Below are positions 15,525 through 25,996 of a stretch of DNA of 64,000 nt, piece after piece. The stretch is from the NCBI GenBank assembly GCA_963812155.1, contig CAWETW010000003.1:64001-128000 (forward strand), in the 5' to 3' direction. Each line of letters starts with the position of its first letter. Position 1 is the first letter of the stretch. The stretch is from Vulcanimicrobiota bacterium. GTDB lineage: Bacteria; Vulcanimicrobiota; Vulcanimicrobiia; Vulcanimicrobiales; Vulcanimicrobiaceae. Below the pieces are notes generated by a model that saw nothing but the letters and a program-made list of their open reading frames with translations, ran no database searches and had not been told where the DNA came from. The position numbers were made by a program, and so were the translations under genes.

Positions 15525-18128
15525 ATGAAGAGCCAGGAGTTACGTAAGGCGTGGGTCGATTTTTTCACCGCGCGCGGTCACAAGCTGTTGCCGCCGGCGA
15601 GCCTCGTGCCGCACGAGATGTCGACGACGCTCTTTACGATCGCCGGTATGGAGCAGTTCGTGCCCGTCTTCCTCGGCGAGCAGCCGGCACCGGCGCCGCG
15701 AGCGGTCACGGTGCAGCGTTGCCTGCGGGTCGCCGGCGCCAAGAGCGACATCGAAAACGTCGGTCGCACGGGGCGTCACGGCACGTTTCTCGAGATGCTC
15801 GGCAACTTCAGTTTCGGCGACTATTACAAACGGGAAGCGATTGCCATGGCGTGGGAGTTCTGCACGGACGTGCTGCGACTCGATCCCGCGCGGCTGTACG
15901 TCACGGTGCATACCGGCGACGACGAAGCGGCCCGCATCTGGACCCAGGAAATCGGCCTCGAGGCCGCGCGCGTATCGCGTTTCGACGACGACAACTTTTG
16001 GACGATGGGACCGACCGGTCCGTGCGGACCGTGCACGGAGCTGTTTTACGATCTTGGCGAGGAGCACGCCGACGGTCCCGGCGACGATGGTCCCAATAAG
16101 GGTTCGCGCTTCGTCGAGTTTTGGAACGTCGTCTTCCAGCAATACAACCGCGCCGCCGACGGTACGATCTCGGAACTGCCGCGCAAAGCCATCGATACGG
16201 GTGCCGGTTTCGAGCGCATGCTCGCGATCTGCAACGGCAAGTCGTCCATGTACGATACCGATCTCTTCACGGACATCGTGGCCGCGCAGCCGAAGGCCGG
16301 GGCGTCTCTTTCTGCGCAGGAGCGGCGGATTCGCCGCGACATCGTCGCCGACCACGCGCGCGCCGCGACGTTTCTCGTCAACGACGGCGTGTATCCCTCG
16401 AACACCGAGCGCGGCTACGTGCTGCGCTTTCTCATCCGCCGTGCGATTCGCAACGGACGCCTTCTCGGCTATCCCGACGGCTTTCTCACCGATCTCGTAC
16501 CCGCGGTCGTCGCGACGCTGGAATCGGGATATCCGGAGTTGCGGCGAAATGCCGCGCGCATTGCGAACGTTTTGCAAACCGAGGAACGTACCTTTGATCG
16601 AACGCTCGAACGCGGCACGGCGATGCTCGAACGCTTGCTCGACGAAGCCGTAGACCAAAATGCTATCGTCGACGGAGCCGCAGCGTTCGCGCTTCACGAC
16701 ACGTACGGTTTTCCGATCGAACTGACGCGCGAGATCGCGGGCGAGCGCGGCGTCACCGTCGACACGATCGGCTTCGAACGGTTGATGGACGAGCAGCGCG
16801 AGCGTGCGCGCAGCGATGCGGCAGCGAAGCGGGCCGACGTGGGCGTCGCCGACGCGCCTGCGATCGCCAGCGAGTTCACCGGCTACGAGGGGCTCGAAGG
16901 TTCGGGCGCCGTCGTCGCGCTTTTGCGTGGCGACCGGCACGTCGAGTCGCTGCGCCAGGGCGAGGAAGGCACGCTGGTACTCGACTCGTCGTCGTTTTAC
17001 GCCGAACGCGGCGGGCAAATCGGCGACCGCGGAACCATCGCCGGCCCCTCCGGTACGTTCGAGGTGCGCGACACCCAATATCTCGGCGAGGCGATCGCGC
17101 ACGTTGGCGCGGTGATTTCCGGCGAGATTTCGACCGGCCAGCAGGTTCTCACCACCGTGCACGATTGGTGGCGTCGCGAGATTCGCCGCCACCATACGTC
17201 CGCGCATTTGCTGCAGCGCGCGCTCAAGGACGTGTTGGGCGAGGACGTCAATCAAGCCGGCTCGTGGGTGGGAATCGACCGCATGCGATTCGACTTTCGC
17301 TGGGGAGGCGGCGCGCTGAGCCCGGATCAAAAACGTGCGGTCGCGCATCGTGTCAACGAGATGATTCGCGCCGATTCGCATCTCGAGACGCGCGTGCTGC
17401 CGCTCGATGAGGCCAAACGCACCGGAGCGATCTGGATGGCCGGCGAGAAGTACGGCGAGATGATTCGAGTCGTCAGCGCCGGGCCGTCGGTAGAGTTTTG
17501 TGGTGGAACGCACTCACATTCGACCGGCGAACTCGGCATGTTCCTCATGCTCTCCGAATCGTCGATCGGTAGCGGCATTCGCCGCATCGAATCGTGCGTT
17601 TCGCAATCCGCCGAAGATCACGTCGCGCGTCAGACCGACCTGATTGGAAACCTTTCTTCGTCGCTGGCGACGTCGCCCGAAGAACTCGGCGAGCGCGTCG
17701 GCAAGCTACAGCGCGACGTGCGCGATTTGCAGACGGCGCTTGGGCAGCTTAAGGCGCGGCTGGCTGCCGCCGACGCGCAGACGTACCTCGAAAACGTCGA
17801 GCGCAAGGGCGAGCGCGCGTTCGTGGGCGCGATCGTAGGTGAAGCCGGCAACGACGCATTGCGTCAACTCGCGGCCGCACTGCGCAACGGGTTCGCGCAC
17901 GGGGTCATCGCGCTCGTCGGCGTCGACGGATCGAACGTCAGCGTTCTCGTGAGCGCCAGCGACGACCAGGTGCGCGACGGCATTCACGCCGGCAATCTCG
18001 TGAAACTGGCTGCGCCGCTGATCGACGGCAAGGGCGGCGGCCAAGCCGCGCAGGGGCAGGGAGGCGGCAAGAAGGCCGCCGGCGCCGAGGCCGCCTTACA
18101 GGCGATACGCGCCGCAGTGCTCGAGTGA
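15525..18128 (+). CDS. alaS: Alanine--tRNA ligase
   Basis: HGTFLEMLGNFSFGDYYK, IDTGAGFER, HTSAHLL and EFCGGTH editing motifs, DHHA1 tail. Confidence 0.98.
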   Translation: MKSQELRKAWVDFFTARGHKLLPPASLVPHEMSTTLFTIAGMEQFVPVFLGEQPAPAPRAVTVQRCLRVAGAKSDIENVGRTGRHGTFLEMLGNFSFGDYYKREAIAMAWEFCTDVLRLDPARLYVTVHTGDDEAARIWTQEIGLEAARVSRFDDDNFWTMGPTGPCGPCTELFYDLGEEHADGPGDDGPNKGSRFVEFWNVVFQQYNRAADGTISELPRKAIDTGAGFERMLAICNGKSSMYDTDLFTDIVAAQPKAGASLSAQERRIRRDIVADHARAATFLVNDGVYPSNTERGYVLRFLIRRAIRNGRLLGYPDGFLTDLVPAVVATLESGYPELRRNAARIANVLQTEERTFDRTLERGTAMLERLLDEAVDQNAIVDGAAAFALHDTYGFPIELTREIAGERGVTVDTIGFERLMDEQRERARSDAAAKRADVGVADAPAIASEFTGYEGLEGSGAVVALLRGDRHVESLRQGEEGTLVLDSSSFYAERGGQIGDRGTIAGPSGTFEVRDTQYLGEAIAHVGAVISGEISTGQQVLTTVHDWWRREIRRHHTSAHLLQRALKDVLGEDVNQAGSWVGIDRMRFDFRWGGGALSPDQKRAVAHRVNEMIRADSHLETRVLPLDEAKRTGAIWMAGEKYGEMIRVVSAGPSVEFCGGTHSHSTGELGMFLMLSESSIGSGIRRIESCVSQSAEDHVARQTDLIGNLSSSLATSPEELGERVGKLQRDVRDLQTALGQLKARLAAADAQTYLENVERKGERAFVGAIVGEAGNDALRQLAAALRNGFAHGVIALVGVDGSNVSVLVSASDDQVRDGIHAGNLVKLAAPLIDGKGGGQAAQGQGGGKKAAGAEAALQAIRAAVLE

Positions 18129-18850
18129 GTTTTCCGCCACGGCGAGGGTTGGCGGCACGTGCTTTGGCGCCGCTCGCGTTCGCCTGCGCATTTTTGGGGA
18201 TCGTCGCGCACGCGCCCGGCGAGCCGCTCGATTCGCAGTACGTGCTGTCGCGCTATGCGATGGCCATCGAAGCCGTGCCCGCCCCGAAGGACGTCGTCTT
18301 CACCTACACCGTTTCGCAACTCGGTCCGAGCAACGTCGAGCAGCGGCACACGATTTTTCGCAGCGGCTCGGACGTGCGCGACGAAACGCTCTCGGTCGAC
18401 GGCATCATGCTCTCGCGCAAACGCGTGCGCTTTTCGAGACACGACGACCCGTATGCGGTGAGCAAACTCGCGCCGCGAACGGTGTCGAATCAAATCTTAT
18501 TTCTCAGCGCGGCAAAAGACGGCGCGCACTACGACTACGCCTACGAAGTGACGCCGTTCGTCAAGCCGCTGGGTGCGGCGGTCGAACGCGTGACCATCGA
18601 CGGCGCGCGCTTTCTGCCGCGCGTCGTGCGCTTTCGAACGGCAAGCGCCAATGCGACCGGGGAGGGTGAAGTCGTCTACGCGCCGTTCGGACGCTATTGG
18701 ATGCCGGTGCTCGCGACGATCGATGCCGTCGTCAAAGGCAAACCGGCGCGCGAGCGGATCACGTGGGGCGATTACCGTTTCCCGGAGACGCTTCCGCCCT
18801 CGACGTTCGTGCCGCCGAAACCGTTGCGCCCGGCCGGGCCGCCGCCGTGA
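18125..18850 (+). CDS. Exported hypothetical protein
   Basis: Signal-like N-terminus, beta-rich body; overlaps alaS stop. Confidence 0.7.
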   Translation: MSFPPRRGLAARALAPLAFACAFLGIVAHAPGEPLDSQYVLSRYAMAIEAVPAPKDVVFTYTVSQLGPSNVEQRHTIFRSGSDVRDETLSVDGIMLSRKRVRFSRHDDPYAVSKLAPRTVSNQILFLSAAKDGAHYDYAYEVTPFVKPLGAAVERVTIDGARFLPRVVRFRTASANATGEGEVVYAPFGRYWMPVLATIDAVVKGKPARERITWGDYRFPETLPPSTFVPPKPLRPAGPPP

Positions 18851-20013
18851 CTCGGGTCAAGCCCGCGTACGTCGCGGGCTTCGTCGCGCTCGTCATGACG
18901 GCGATCGTTTCGCGCGGTCGCGCGACGCCCTACGACAACTACGTTCTGCTGGCGCAGGCCTTCTTACACGGCCATGCGTGGATCGATTGGCCCGGAGCCT
19001 ACATCGATGCGCTCGGCTACGGCGGAGCGCACTACGTCATTGAAGCGCCGTTGCCGGCGATCTTGCTGCTGCCGTACGTCGCGCTGGCCGGCATTGCGGC
19101 GAATCAAACGCTGCTCGCGATCGTGCTGGCCGCCGTCGCGATCGGCGCGGCGTGGGAACTCGGCGAGCGGTTCGGACTCCAAGCCGAAGGCAATGCATGG
19201 ATTTGCGCATTCCTCCTAGCCGGCACCGACCTGTTGTGGTGCGCGATGCTGGGCGACGTATGGTTTCTCGCGCACGTGTCGGCGGTCTGCTTCACGTTGC
19301 TTGCATTGGTCGAGCTCGCCGGAAAACGGCGCGCGTGGCTCGTCGCGCTCTTTGCGGCGTGCGCCTTCGAGTCGCGGTTTACGCTCGTGCTGGCGTTGCC
19401 GGCGTACGCCTATCTGTGCTTCACCGAACCTGAAAAACCGTTTGCCCTCGCGCCGTCGTGGCGACGCGCGCTGACGGGATTTGCCGCCGTCCTACTTCCG
19501 GTGGCAGTGCTGTGGCTGCTCTACAACCGCGCGCGTTGGGGCACGTGGACCGACATCGGCTACACCACGTGGTATCATCAAGACGAAGCCGGATTCCCAA
19601 CCGGATCTCCGTTCCGGCTCGCGTATCTCCCCGAACAACTCTGGTCGTTCTTCGTGCGCGCTCCAACGCGTCTGGGAGAGTTTCCGTATTTGCGTCCGGA
19701 GTTCACCGGCGTCGCGCTGACCTGGACGTCTCCGGCGCTCGTGCTCGCGTTTCTCGCGCGCGGTCCTGCGCGCTGGGTCGTCGCGCTCTGGGGCGCGACG
19801 ATTCTCACCGCCGTTCCGAACGTTCTCTATTACGTGAACGGCTTCGCGCAGTTCGGCATGCGGCACGCGCTCGATTTCGAGCCGTTTCTCGTCGCGCTAA
19901 TGATGCTCGCCGTGCGTAAACGCTTCCCCGCATGGGGCTACGTGGTGATCGCGTATTCGATCGCCGCCGGCTTATGGGGTTGCTGGTACTGGAACTCGTT
20001 CGTTCGAACGTAA
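18847..20013 (+). CDS. Multi-pass membrane protein, possibly GT-C type glycosyltransferase
   Basis: About 10 TM segments, YDNY loop after TM1, FGMRHALDF near C-terminus; function is inference. Confidence 0.65.
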   Translation: MTRVKPAYVAGFVALVMTAIVSRGRATPYDNYVLLAQAFLHGHAWIDWPGAYIDALGYGGAHYVIEAPLPAILLLPYVALAGIAANQTLLAIVLAAVAIGAAWELGERFGLQAEGNAWICAFLLAGTDLLWCAMLGDVWFLAHVSAVCFTLLALVELAGKRRAWLVALFAACAFESRFTLVLALPAYAYLCFTEPEKPFALAPSWRRALTGFAAVLLPVAVLWLLYNRARWGTWTDIGYTTWYHQDEAGFPTGSPFRLAYLPEQLWSFFVRAPTRLGEFPYLRPEFTGVALTWTSPALVLAFLARGPARWVVALWGATILTAVPNVLYYVNGFAQFGMRHALDFEPFLVALMMLAVRKRFPAWGYVVIAYSIAAGLWGCWYWNSFVRT

Positions 20014-20880
20014 TTTCAGCTCGACGTATTGAATCCACTCGCCCGCACCGGAGCCTTCGCCGGGAACGGCGTCATCCAAGCGTCGCGAGCGTAGGGCGAG
20101 CACCATTCCGCTTTTCGTCCAAGCATGCGGCCGAACGGCAATCCAATGGTCGGCCGCGAAGCGGCGGCCAAGCTCGCGATCGGCGGCCCCGAGTTCCGTA
20201 CGGCTCATCTTTTCGGGCGAAATGCCGACGTTGATCGCCACGATCTGTGCCGGATTGCGCGAGGAAGCCGTAATGTAATAGTAGCGGCACCGATGAAAAA
20301 CCGTTGCAGTCCCCGCGACGCGATAGTCGAAGATGGCGGCGCTGCCGAACTGCGCGCCGCTGAACAACTCGGACTTCGAGCCGCGCGCAATCGCGAGCGT
20401 CGACTCGGCGAACATCGCGGCGACCGCCATGCCGGGCGCGGCCACGAGCGTTCCTTGCGACGGCAGCTTCGCAATCGCTTCGGCTTGCGAGTCGCTTGCG
20501 GTCGCCCTCGGGCCGGCATCGGAGCCGAAGAAACCTGCGTGAATCGCTGCCGGCAGCGCCACGGCCAATCCCGCAGCCATCAGCAGCCACAACGGCCAGA
20601 CGATCCATCCCGGCCGTGCAATGAGCGGCGCGAACGGTTGGGCGTTCAAGCCGCGACCGATCGCCTCGAGTCCCGACAGCACCAACCGTACCATCAAAGG
20701 AATCAACGAAAAGCCCAAGGCGACGAACAGCGTGAAGAAGACGATCCTTGCCGGCGTCTGGTACTGTAGCGGGTTCTTTACGGCGCCCGTCTCGATCAGC
20801 GCGTTGCCCCCGACGATCGCCAGTATCATGATGGCGAAGATTCCGCCGGATATTATCGCGAGCGTTCCGATTCGCGGCAT
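19972..20880 (-). CDS. Hypothetical membrane protein (3 TM plus soluble domain)
   Basis: 302-aa ORF with hydrophobic N-terminal half; converges on previous gene. Confidence 0.65.
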   Translation of the reverse strand: MPRIGTLAIISGGIFAIMILAIVGGNALIETGAVKNPLQYQTPARIVFFTLFVALGFSLIPLMVRLVLSGLEAIGRGLNAQPFAPLIARPGWIVWPLWLLMAAGLAVALPAAIHAGFFGSDAGPRATASDSQAEAIAKLPSQGTLVAAPGMAVAAMFAESTLAIARGSKSELFSGAQFGSAAIFDYRVAGTATVFHRCRYYYITASSRNPAQIVAINVGISPEKMSRTELGAADRELGRRFAADHWIAVRPHAWTKSGMVLALRSRRLDDAVPGEGSGAGEWIQYVELKLRSNERVPVPATP

Positions 20881-21082
20881 CGAGCTTAGCAGTTGTAAGC
20901 GGCTAGAAACTGCCGCAGGTCATCGACCCGGCCGGCATGTAGAACGCGATCTAGCCGCGATGGATGTCGTGGACACGAAGTCTCACGTACGCGCTCGGGT
21001 CAAGCACGCCTTCCACGTGGACTCAACGAATGACCGCAGCTTCAGAGCCGTCCCTAGGTAGAATAAGAAAGGTCGAATCACC

Positions 21083-21424
21083 GTGAGGATAGAGGGCACC
21101 GCTAAGCTCGTCCGGATATTCCTCGGAGAGTCAGATCGCTGGAAAGGTCAGCCTCTATACATCGCCATCGTAGAAGAGATGCGAAAGTCGGGCTTGGCCG
21201 GTGCGACGGTATTCAAAGGCATCTTGGGTTTCGGTGCGCATTCGGTGGTCCATGCGGCTCGAATCGTTGACCTGTCATCCGACTTGCCGATCGTCATCGA
21301 ACTTGTAGATTCGGAAGAGAAGGTCGCTGCATTTCTTCCAACGCTCGACATCATGGTTGCCGAAGGTCTCGTAACGTTGGAAAAAATCGACGTCATCGCG
21401 TATAAGCCGGGGACGCTGAAATGA
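21083..21424 (+). CDS. DUF190 (PII-like) protein
   Basis: RIFLGESDRW, AGATVFKGILGFG, LSSDLPIVIELVD; adjacent to fluc. Confidence 0.9.
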   Translation: MRIEGTAKLVRIFLGESDRWKGQPLYIAIVEEMRKSGLAGATVFKGILGFGAHSVVHAARIVDLSSDLPIVIELVDSEEKVAAFLPTLDIMVAEGLVTLEKIDVIAYKPGTLK

Positions 21425-21822
21425 AGCCGGTCGTCGCATTTCTCGCCGTGGGCACCGGCGGCGCAATCGGTTCGATGCTTCGCTATGCCGTAGCGCTTTG
21501 GATGGTCGATAGGGTTGGGCCCGGGTTTCCCTGGCACACGGCGCTAATCAACGTGATCGGCTCCTTCTTGATCGGCGCAGTCGCTGCTTACGTGCAGTTC
21601 AGCTCGGGGGTTTCCCCGCTGATAAGCGTGTTCGTCGTGGTTGGGCTTTTGGGTGGCTTCACGACGTTTTCAACGTTCAGTTTTGACACCCTGACGCTCT
21701 TATCAGATGGGTCGGCCGGCATTGCGCTGGCATACTCCGCCGGGACCGTAATCTTGGGCATATCGGCGGCGGCGGCGGGAGTCGCGATCGCGCGCGTCGC
21801 TTTGCATGCGGTGTCGATCTGA
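21421..21822 (+). CDS. crcB: Fluoride efflux channel Fluc
   Basis: GGAIGSMLRY, NVIGSFLIG, GLLGGFTTFSTF. Confidence 0.93.
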   Translation: MKPVVAFLAVGTGGAIGSMLRYAVALWMVDRVGPGFPWHTALINVIGSFLIGAVAAYVQFSSGVSPLISVFVVVGLLGGFTTFSTFSFDTLTLLSDGSAGIALAYSAGTVILGISAAAAGVAIARVALHAVSI

Positions 21823-21837
21823 GACGGCGAAGGCCGT

Positions 21838-22272
21838 TTAGCGCGTGGTCATCGGGAGGCCGCCGATGCTCGGACGCGCACGCGCGGGCGCTTGCGGCGG
21901 CGCGGGCGGCTGTTCGTCGCTGCGCGCCTCGTACGGCCAATAACGAATCGCCAGCGAGTACGCGACGTAATCGTTGTAACCGTCGATTTCGTTTTGGATC
22001 GTGAAGCAGCGGCAGATCCACATCGGTACGGTCACGAACAGTCCGATTCCCGAGAAGAGCGCGAGCGACATGAGAATGCCGCGGACGTAGTTTCCGAGGT
22101 AGTACGACTCCCCGCCCACGACGCCGAGTACGAGCGTCAAAATGAATGCGACCGTGGGGTCCTTGGCATAGCGCTGGTACTCGTAGGCAAACGTCGCCTG
22201 GGCTTCGGGGCGCATCTGAACGGCGAGCATCTGAGTGTACGGGGTCAAGATCGTGTTCCTCCACCGTTCCAT
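21838..22272 (-). CDS. TM2 domain-containing protein
   Basis: KDPTVAFILTLVLGVVGGESYYLG; start uncertain. Confidence 0.75.
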   Translation of the reverse strand: MERWRNTILTPYTQMLAVQMRPEAQATFAYEYQRYAKDPTVAFILTLVLGVVGGESYYLGNYVRGILMSLALFSGIGLFVTVPMWICRCFTIQNEIDGYNDYVAYSLAIRYWPYEARSDEQPPAPPQAPARARPSIGGLPMTTR

Positions 22273-22294
22273 ACGGCTTCGGGAAGCCGGTGTT

Positions 22295-24046
22295 TCAACG
22301 CGGCTGGGCGGCTGCGAGGGCGTCATAGGCGTCCCGCAGCCGGGCCGCTTCGAGCACGGGCGCGCCGCAGGCCGTCCCGAGGCAAACGTAGGCGGCGGGA
22401 TGCGGTTGCGCGGGAAGCTGCGCCTCGGCCGCGCCGTCCGGAGGCAGCGTACGAATGGTGAACGCCGCCGGTAGGCGCAGGGCCGCCTCGCGAAAAGGGT
22501 CGGTCGCGAGCGGCGCCCCGACGATGCGAATCGAGAGTTCGGGCGAGAGCAAGCGGCGCAGCGCGCGCCCGAAGGTCGCGGCGAACGATCCCGCCGACGC
22601 GTAGGTACGGGCGTAGACCGCCAATGCCGCGGCCGCCCGTTCACGGTAGCGCGGTTCGAACGTGAGCGCGCTGAGCCGAAGCAGCCCGTCCGCCACCGTT
22701 GCGTTATCGACGATCGGGCGATCGCGCATCTCCAGCCGTCCAAGCGTATCCGCATGAACGCGGTCGTAAAAACCGCCGTCCTCCGCTTCAAAGCGTTCGA
22801 GGATGCGCTCGGCAAGCGCCCGCGCGCGTTCGAGAAAACGCGGTTCGCCCGAGATTTCGTGCGCGTCGAGCAATGCGCGCAGGTAGGCGGCTTGGTCGGT
22901 GAGGAGCCCGCGTACCTGCGGCGCCTCGCCGGGCACGACGTAGTGGTAGGCAAGGCCTTGCGCATCGGTGAGACGATCGTGCACGGCGTCGAGCGTCGCG
23001 GCAGCCTGCGCGATCGCCGTGTCGTCGTCGAGCGCGCGCCCCGCGTAAAACCACGCACCCGCCAAGCCGCACGTCCAGTTCGTATACGACGTCCGATCGA
23101 CGAACGGAGCCTCGCGCGCGGTGCGCTCTTCGAGCGGCAGCGCGAAGTACGCTTCGTCGGCGTCTTGACTGCCCGCGAACAGATGCGTTTGCGAATCGCG
23201 CAGCGTTTCACGTACGTAACGCATCGTCGAGACGAGAATGTCGCGGAAGCCGGCTCCCGGCCGCAAGAGCGTCAGGTGCGCGAGCACGCGGATGAGGCCG
23301 GCGTGATCTTCCGCCATCTTCTCGAAGTGCGGCACCGACCAATCGCGCGTGGTGGAATAGCGAAAAAATCCGCCCTCGACGTGATCGTAGGTTCCGCCGC
23401 GGGCCATCGCGAGCACCGTCTGGGCGACCATCGCGTAGAGGCGTTCCTCGCCGCCGCCGCGCCACTCGGATAGCAAAAATTCGAGCAGTTCCGGTTGCGG
23501 AAACTTCGGCGCATCGCCGAAACCGCCGTACTCGTCGTCGTACGACTCGGTCAACTGCTCGATCAGCCGAACGATCATCGTTTCGCGCAGCTCGCTCGGT
23601 GCGCCGTCGCGCGGTACGTGCGGGGGCGCCGCAGCGGCTCGCGCGGCAATCGCCGGTTTATTTCCGGCGTAGAACGAGGCGACGTCGTCGAGCGCGCGCC
23701 GCAGCGTCTCGGGCGGAAGATACGTTGCGCCGGTCAAGAGCGTGCCGTCGGGAGCGAGGAACGCGGTCGTCGGCCAGCCGCCCATGTTATAACGCGCGTT
23801 GACGTCGGGACGGCGATCGTTGTCGACGCGCACCGGTACGTAGCGCTCGTTGATCGAGGCGATGACGTCAGGATCCGAATACGTCGTTTCGTCCATGACG
23901 TGGCACCAGTGACACCACACCGCGGAAATCGCCAGCAGGATCGGCTTGTCTTGCGCGCGCGCTCGATCGAAGGCTTCCGGCCCCCACGCCGACCACTCGA
24001 TTTCGTTCGCGCGGTTGGCACGCGGCGAGAAACGGAACTCACTCAT
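22295..24046 (-). CDS. Thioredoxin-like DUF255/YyaL family protein
   Basis: WCHWCHVMDETTY, GGWPTTAFL, GGFGDAPKFP, PHFEKM. Confidence 0.9.
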   Translation of the reverse strand: MSEFRFSPRANRANEIEWSAWGPEAFDRARAQDKPILLAISAVWCHWCHVMDETTYSDPDVIASINERYVPVRVDNDRRPDVNARYNMGGWPTTAFLAPDGTLLTGATYLPPETLRRALDDVASFYAGNKPAIAARAAAAPPHVPRDGAPSELRETMIVRLIEQLTESYDDEYGGFGDAPKFPQPELLEFLLSEWRGGGEERLYAMVAQTVLAMARGGTYDHVEGGFFRYSTTRDWSVPHFEKMAEDHAGLIRVLAHLTLLRPGAGFRDILVSTMRYVRETLRDSQTHLFAGSQDADEAYFALPLEERTAREAPFVDRTSYTNWTCGLAGAWFYAGRALDDDTAIAQAAATLDAVHDRLTDAQGLAYHYVVPGEAPQVRGLLTDQAAYLRALLDAHEISGEPRFLERARALAERILERFEAEDGGFYDRVHADTLGRLEMRDRPIVDNATVADGLLRLSALTFEPRYRERAAAALAVYARTYASAGSFAATFGRALRRLLSPELSIRIVGAPLATDPFREAALRLPAAFTIRTLPPDGAAEAQLPAQPHPAAYVCLGTACGAPVLEAARLRDAYDALAAAQPR

Positions 24047-24317
24047 CTTCGGATGCTCCCCGCAGAAACGACGCGCCGTAGAACGTGGCGATGACGGCAT
24101 AGACGGCTAGTCCCACAATGGCTACCGATTCGGTTCGCAGCGCGAAGGTTGCGGCGAAGCATGCCGCAAACGCCAAGGCGGCGAGCGCAACGCCGCGGTG
24201 GGTGCGCGCCGTCATTGCGTAGACTTCCACATCGTAATAGCCGCCGGGCCGGCGGCTGCGAGACCACGCAAAGAGCGCCATCGCGAGCGCCGCAATCAAA
24301 CCGGCGAGACTCCACAC
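24039..24317 (-). CDS. Small hypothetical membrane protein (3 TM)
   Basis: Hydrophobic 92-aa ORF whose stop overlaps the DUF255 start. Confidence 0.6.
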   Translation of the reverse strand: MWSLAGLIAALAMALFAWSRSRRPGGYYDVEVYAMTARTHRGVALAALAFAACFAATFALRTESVAIVGLAVYAVIATFYGASFLRGASEDE

Positions 24318-24375
24318 GTCAATGCCTTCGCCGCGCACGCGGTAAGCCGCTGCCGAACGTCGAACGGCGCAGCCC

Positions 24376-25995
24376 ATGCCCTCGAAAAAGAACGCCGGCA
24401 GCCGGCCGGGCGAACTGCGGACGTATCGCAAGAAACGCGACTTCGGCATTACGCCGGAACCGAGCGGTAAGAAGGTCTCGGCCGCCAAGCGATTGCGTTT
24501 CGTCGTGCAGATGCATCGCGCAACGCGCCTGCACTACGATTTCCGGTTGGAAGCCGCGGGCGTGCTGGCGTCGTGGGCCGTTCCCAAAGGCCCGACGCTC
24601 AAACCGCTCGACCGGCGGCTAGCAATGCACGTCGAGGACCACCCGATGGACTATCGCGACTTCGAGGGCAATATTCCGGCCGGCCAGTACGGGGCGGGTA
24701 GCGTCATCGTGTGGGACGAGGGAACCTACACGGTGCTCGAAGGTGATGATCCTGCGGCCGAGATCGCCGGCGGAAAAATCAAGTTCGTTTTGCACGGCGA
24801 AAAACTGAAGGGCGAATTTACGCTCGTCCGCATCAAGGCGCGCGAGGGCGAACGCGGCGACCCGTGGTTGCTGCTGAAGGATCACGACGAATATGAGGAT
24901 CCGAAGTACGATCCGGCCGCGCATCCGGAATCGGTAAAGACCGGGAAGACGCTCGACGACGTCGCCCGCAATCCCCGTTCGAAAATCTGGAACTCCAAGC
25001 AAAAAGCCCGATCGGCCGCGGCACCGCGACTGCCGGAGCGCGTCAAGCGCGATCCGCTGCCGAAGTTGAAATCGGTCATGCTGGCAACCCTGGTCGACGC
25101 GCCGTTCGACGATGACGGATGGCTGTTCGAAATCAAGTGGGATGGGTACCGCGCGATATGCACGATCGACGGCAAAGGGCGGTTGTCGCTCGTCTCCCGC
25201 AACGACATCGATTTACTCGCGCGTTTTCCGGCGATGGACGGTTTGGCCGAGGCTTTTTCCAGCGTACCGGTCGTCGTCGACGGCGAGATCGTCAGCCTGG
25301 ACGCCAAGGGGCGTTCGGAGTTTCAACGACTGCAGGAGTACCAGCAATCGAAATCGTCGCTGACCTACGTTGCGTTCGATCTGCTCTACGCCGACGGCCG
25401 CGACCTGCGCAAGACGCCGCTGGAAGAACGCAAGGCGTTGCTCGAACGGACGATTGCCGACGAAAACCTCGTGCTGTACTCCAAACACGTCGTAGAGAAC
25501 GGTACGGCGTTTTTCGATGCCGCCAAGAAGCGTGGGCTCGAGGGCATCGTCGGCAAAAAGCGCAGCTCGTTATACCAAGAACGCCGCTCGCGGGACTGGG
25601 TGAAGATCAAGGCTCAACTCGAAGGCGAGTTCGTGGTGGGCGGCTGGACCGACCCGCGCGGCAGCCGCAAAGGCTTTGGAGCGCTGCTGCTGGGCGCGCG
25701 CGACGGCGGAAAGCTTCGCTACGTCGGATCGGTCGGAACCGGCTTCAACCATAAGACGCTCGCTGCGTTGCACGCGCGGTTGGTGCGAATCGCGCGCAAA
25801 ACGTCGCCGTTCGACACGCCGGTCGACGTGCGCGAAGCGACGCATTGGGTGAAACCCGAGCTCGTGGTGCAAGTGCGCTATACCGAACTGACGCGCGACC
25901 TGCAGTTGCGCCACCCCGCCTATCTCGGCGAACGGTTCGACAAACCGGCCGAAGACGTGACGCTCGAGCTGCCGGCGCACCGCGGGAAGGGCTGA
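24376..25995 (+). CDS. ligD: NHEJ DNA ligase LigD, 3'-phosphoesterase plus ATP-dependent ligase domains
   Basis: YRKKRDFGITPEP, HRATRLHYDFRLE, SWAVPKGP; EIKWDGYR, EGIVGK, WVKIK. Confidence 0.94.
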   Translation: MPSKKNAGSRPGELRTYRKKRDFGITPEPSGKKVSAAKRLRFVVQMHRATRLHYDFRLEAAGVLASWAVPKGPTLKPLDRRLAMHVEDHPMDYRDFEGNIPAGQYGAGSVIVWDEGTYTVLEGDDPAAEIAGGKIKFVLHGEKLKGEFTLVRIKAREGERGDPWLLLKDHDEYEDPKYDPAAHPESVKTGKTLDDVARNPRSKIWNSKQKARSAAAPRLPERVKRDPLPKLKSVMLATLVDAPFDDDGWLFEIKWDGYRAICTIDGKGRLSLVSRNDIDLLARFPAMDGLAEAFSSVPVVVDGEIVSLDAKGRSEFQRLQEYQQSKSSLTYVAFDLLYADGRDLRKTPLEERKALLERTIADENLVLYSKHVVENGTAFFDAAKKRGLEGIVGKKRSSLYQERRSRDWVKIKAQLEGEFVVGGWTDPRGSRKGFGALLLGARDGGKLRYVGSVGTGFNHKTLAALHARLVRIARKTSPFDTPVDVREATHWVKPELVVQVRYTELTRDLQLRHPAYLGERFDKPAEDVTLELPAHRGKG

Positions 25996-25996
25996 C

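Noticed and set aside
20955..21040. Possible fluoride riboswitch upstream of DUF190-crcB (CCGCGATGGATGTCGTGG resembles the 5' stem)
   Set aside because: The downstream GCTRATGAC-pseudoknot segment is not recognisable; needs an Infernal scan with the Rfam fluoride riboswitch model.
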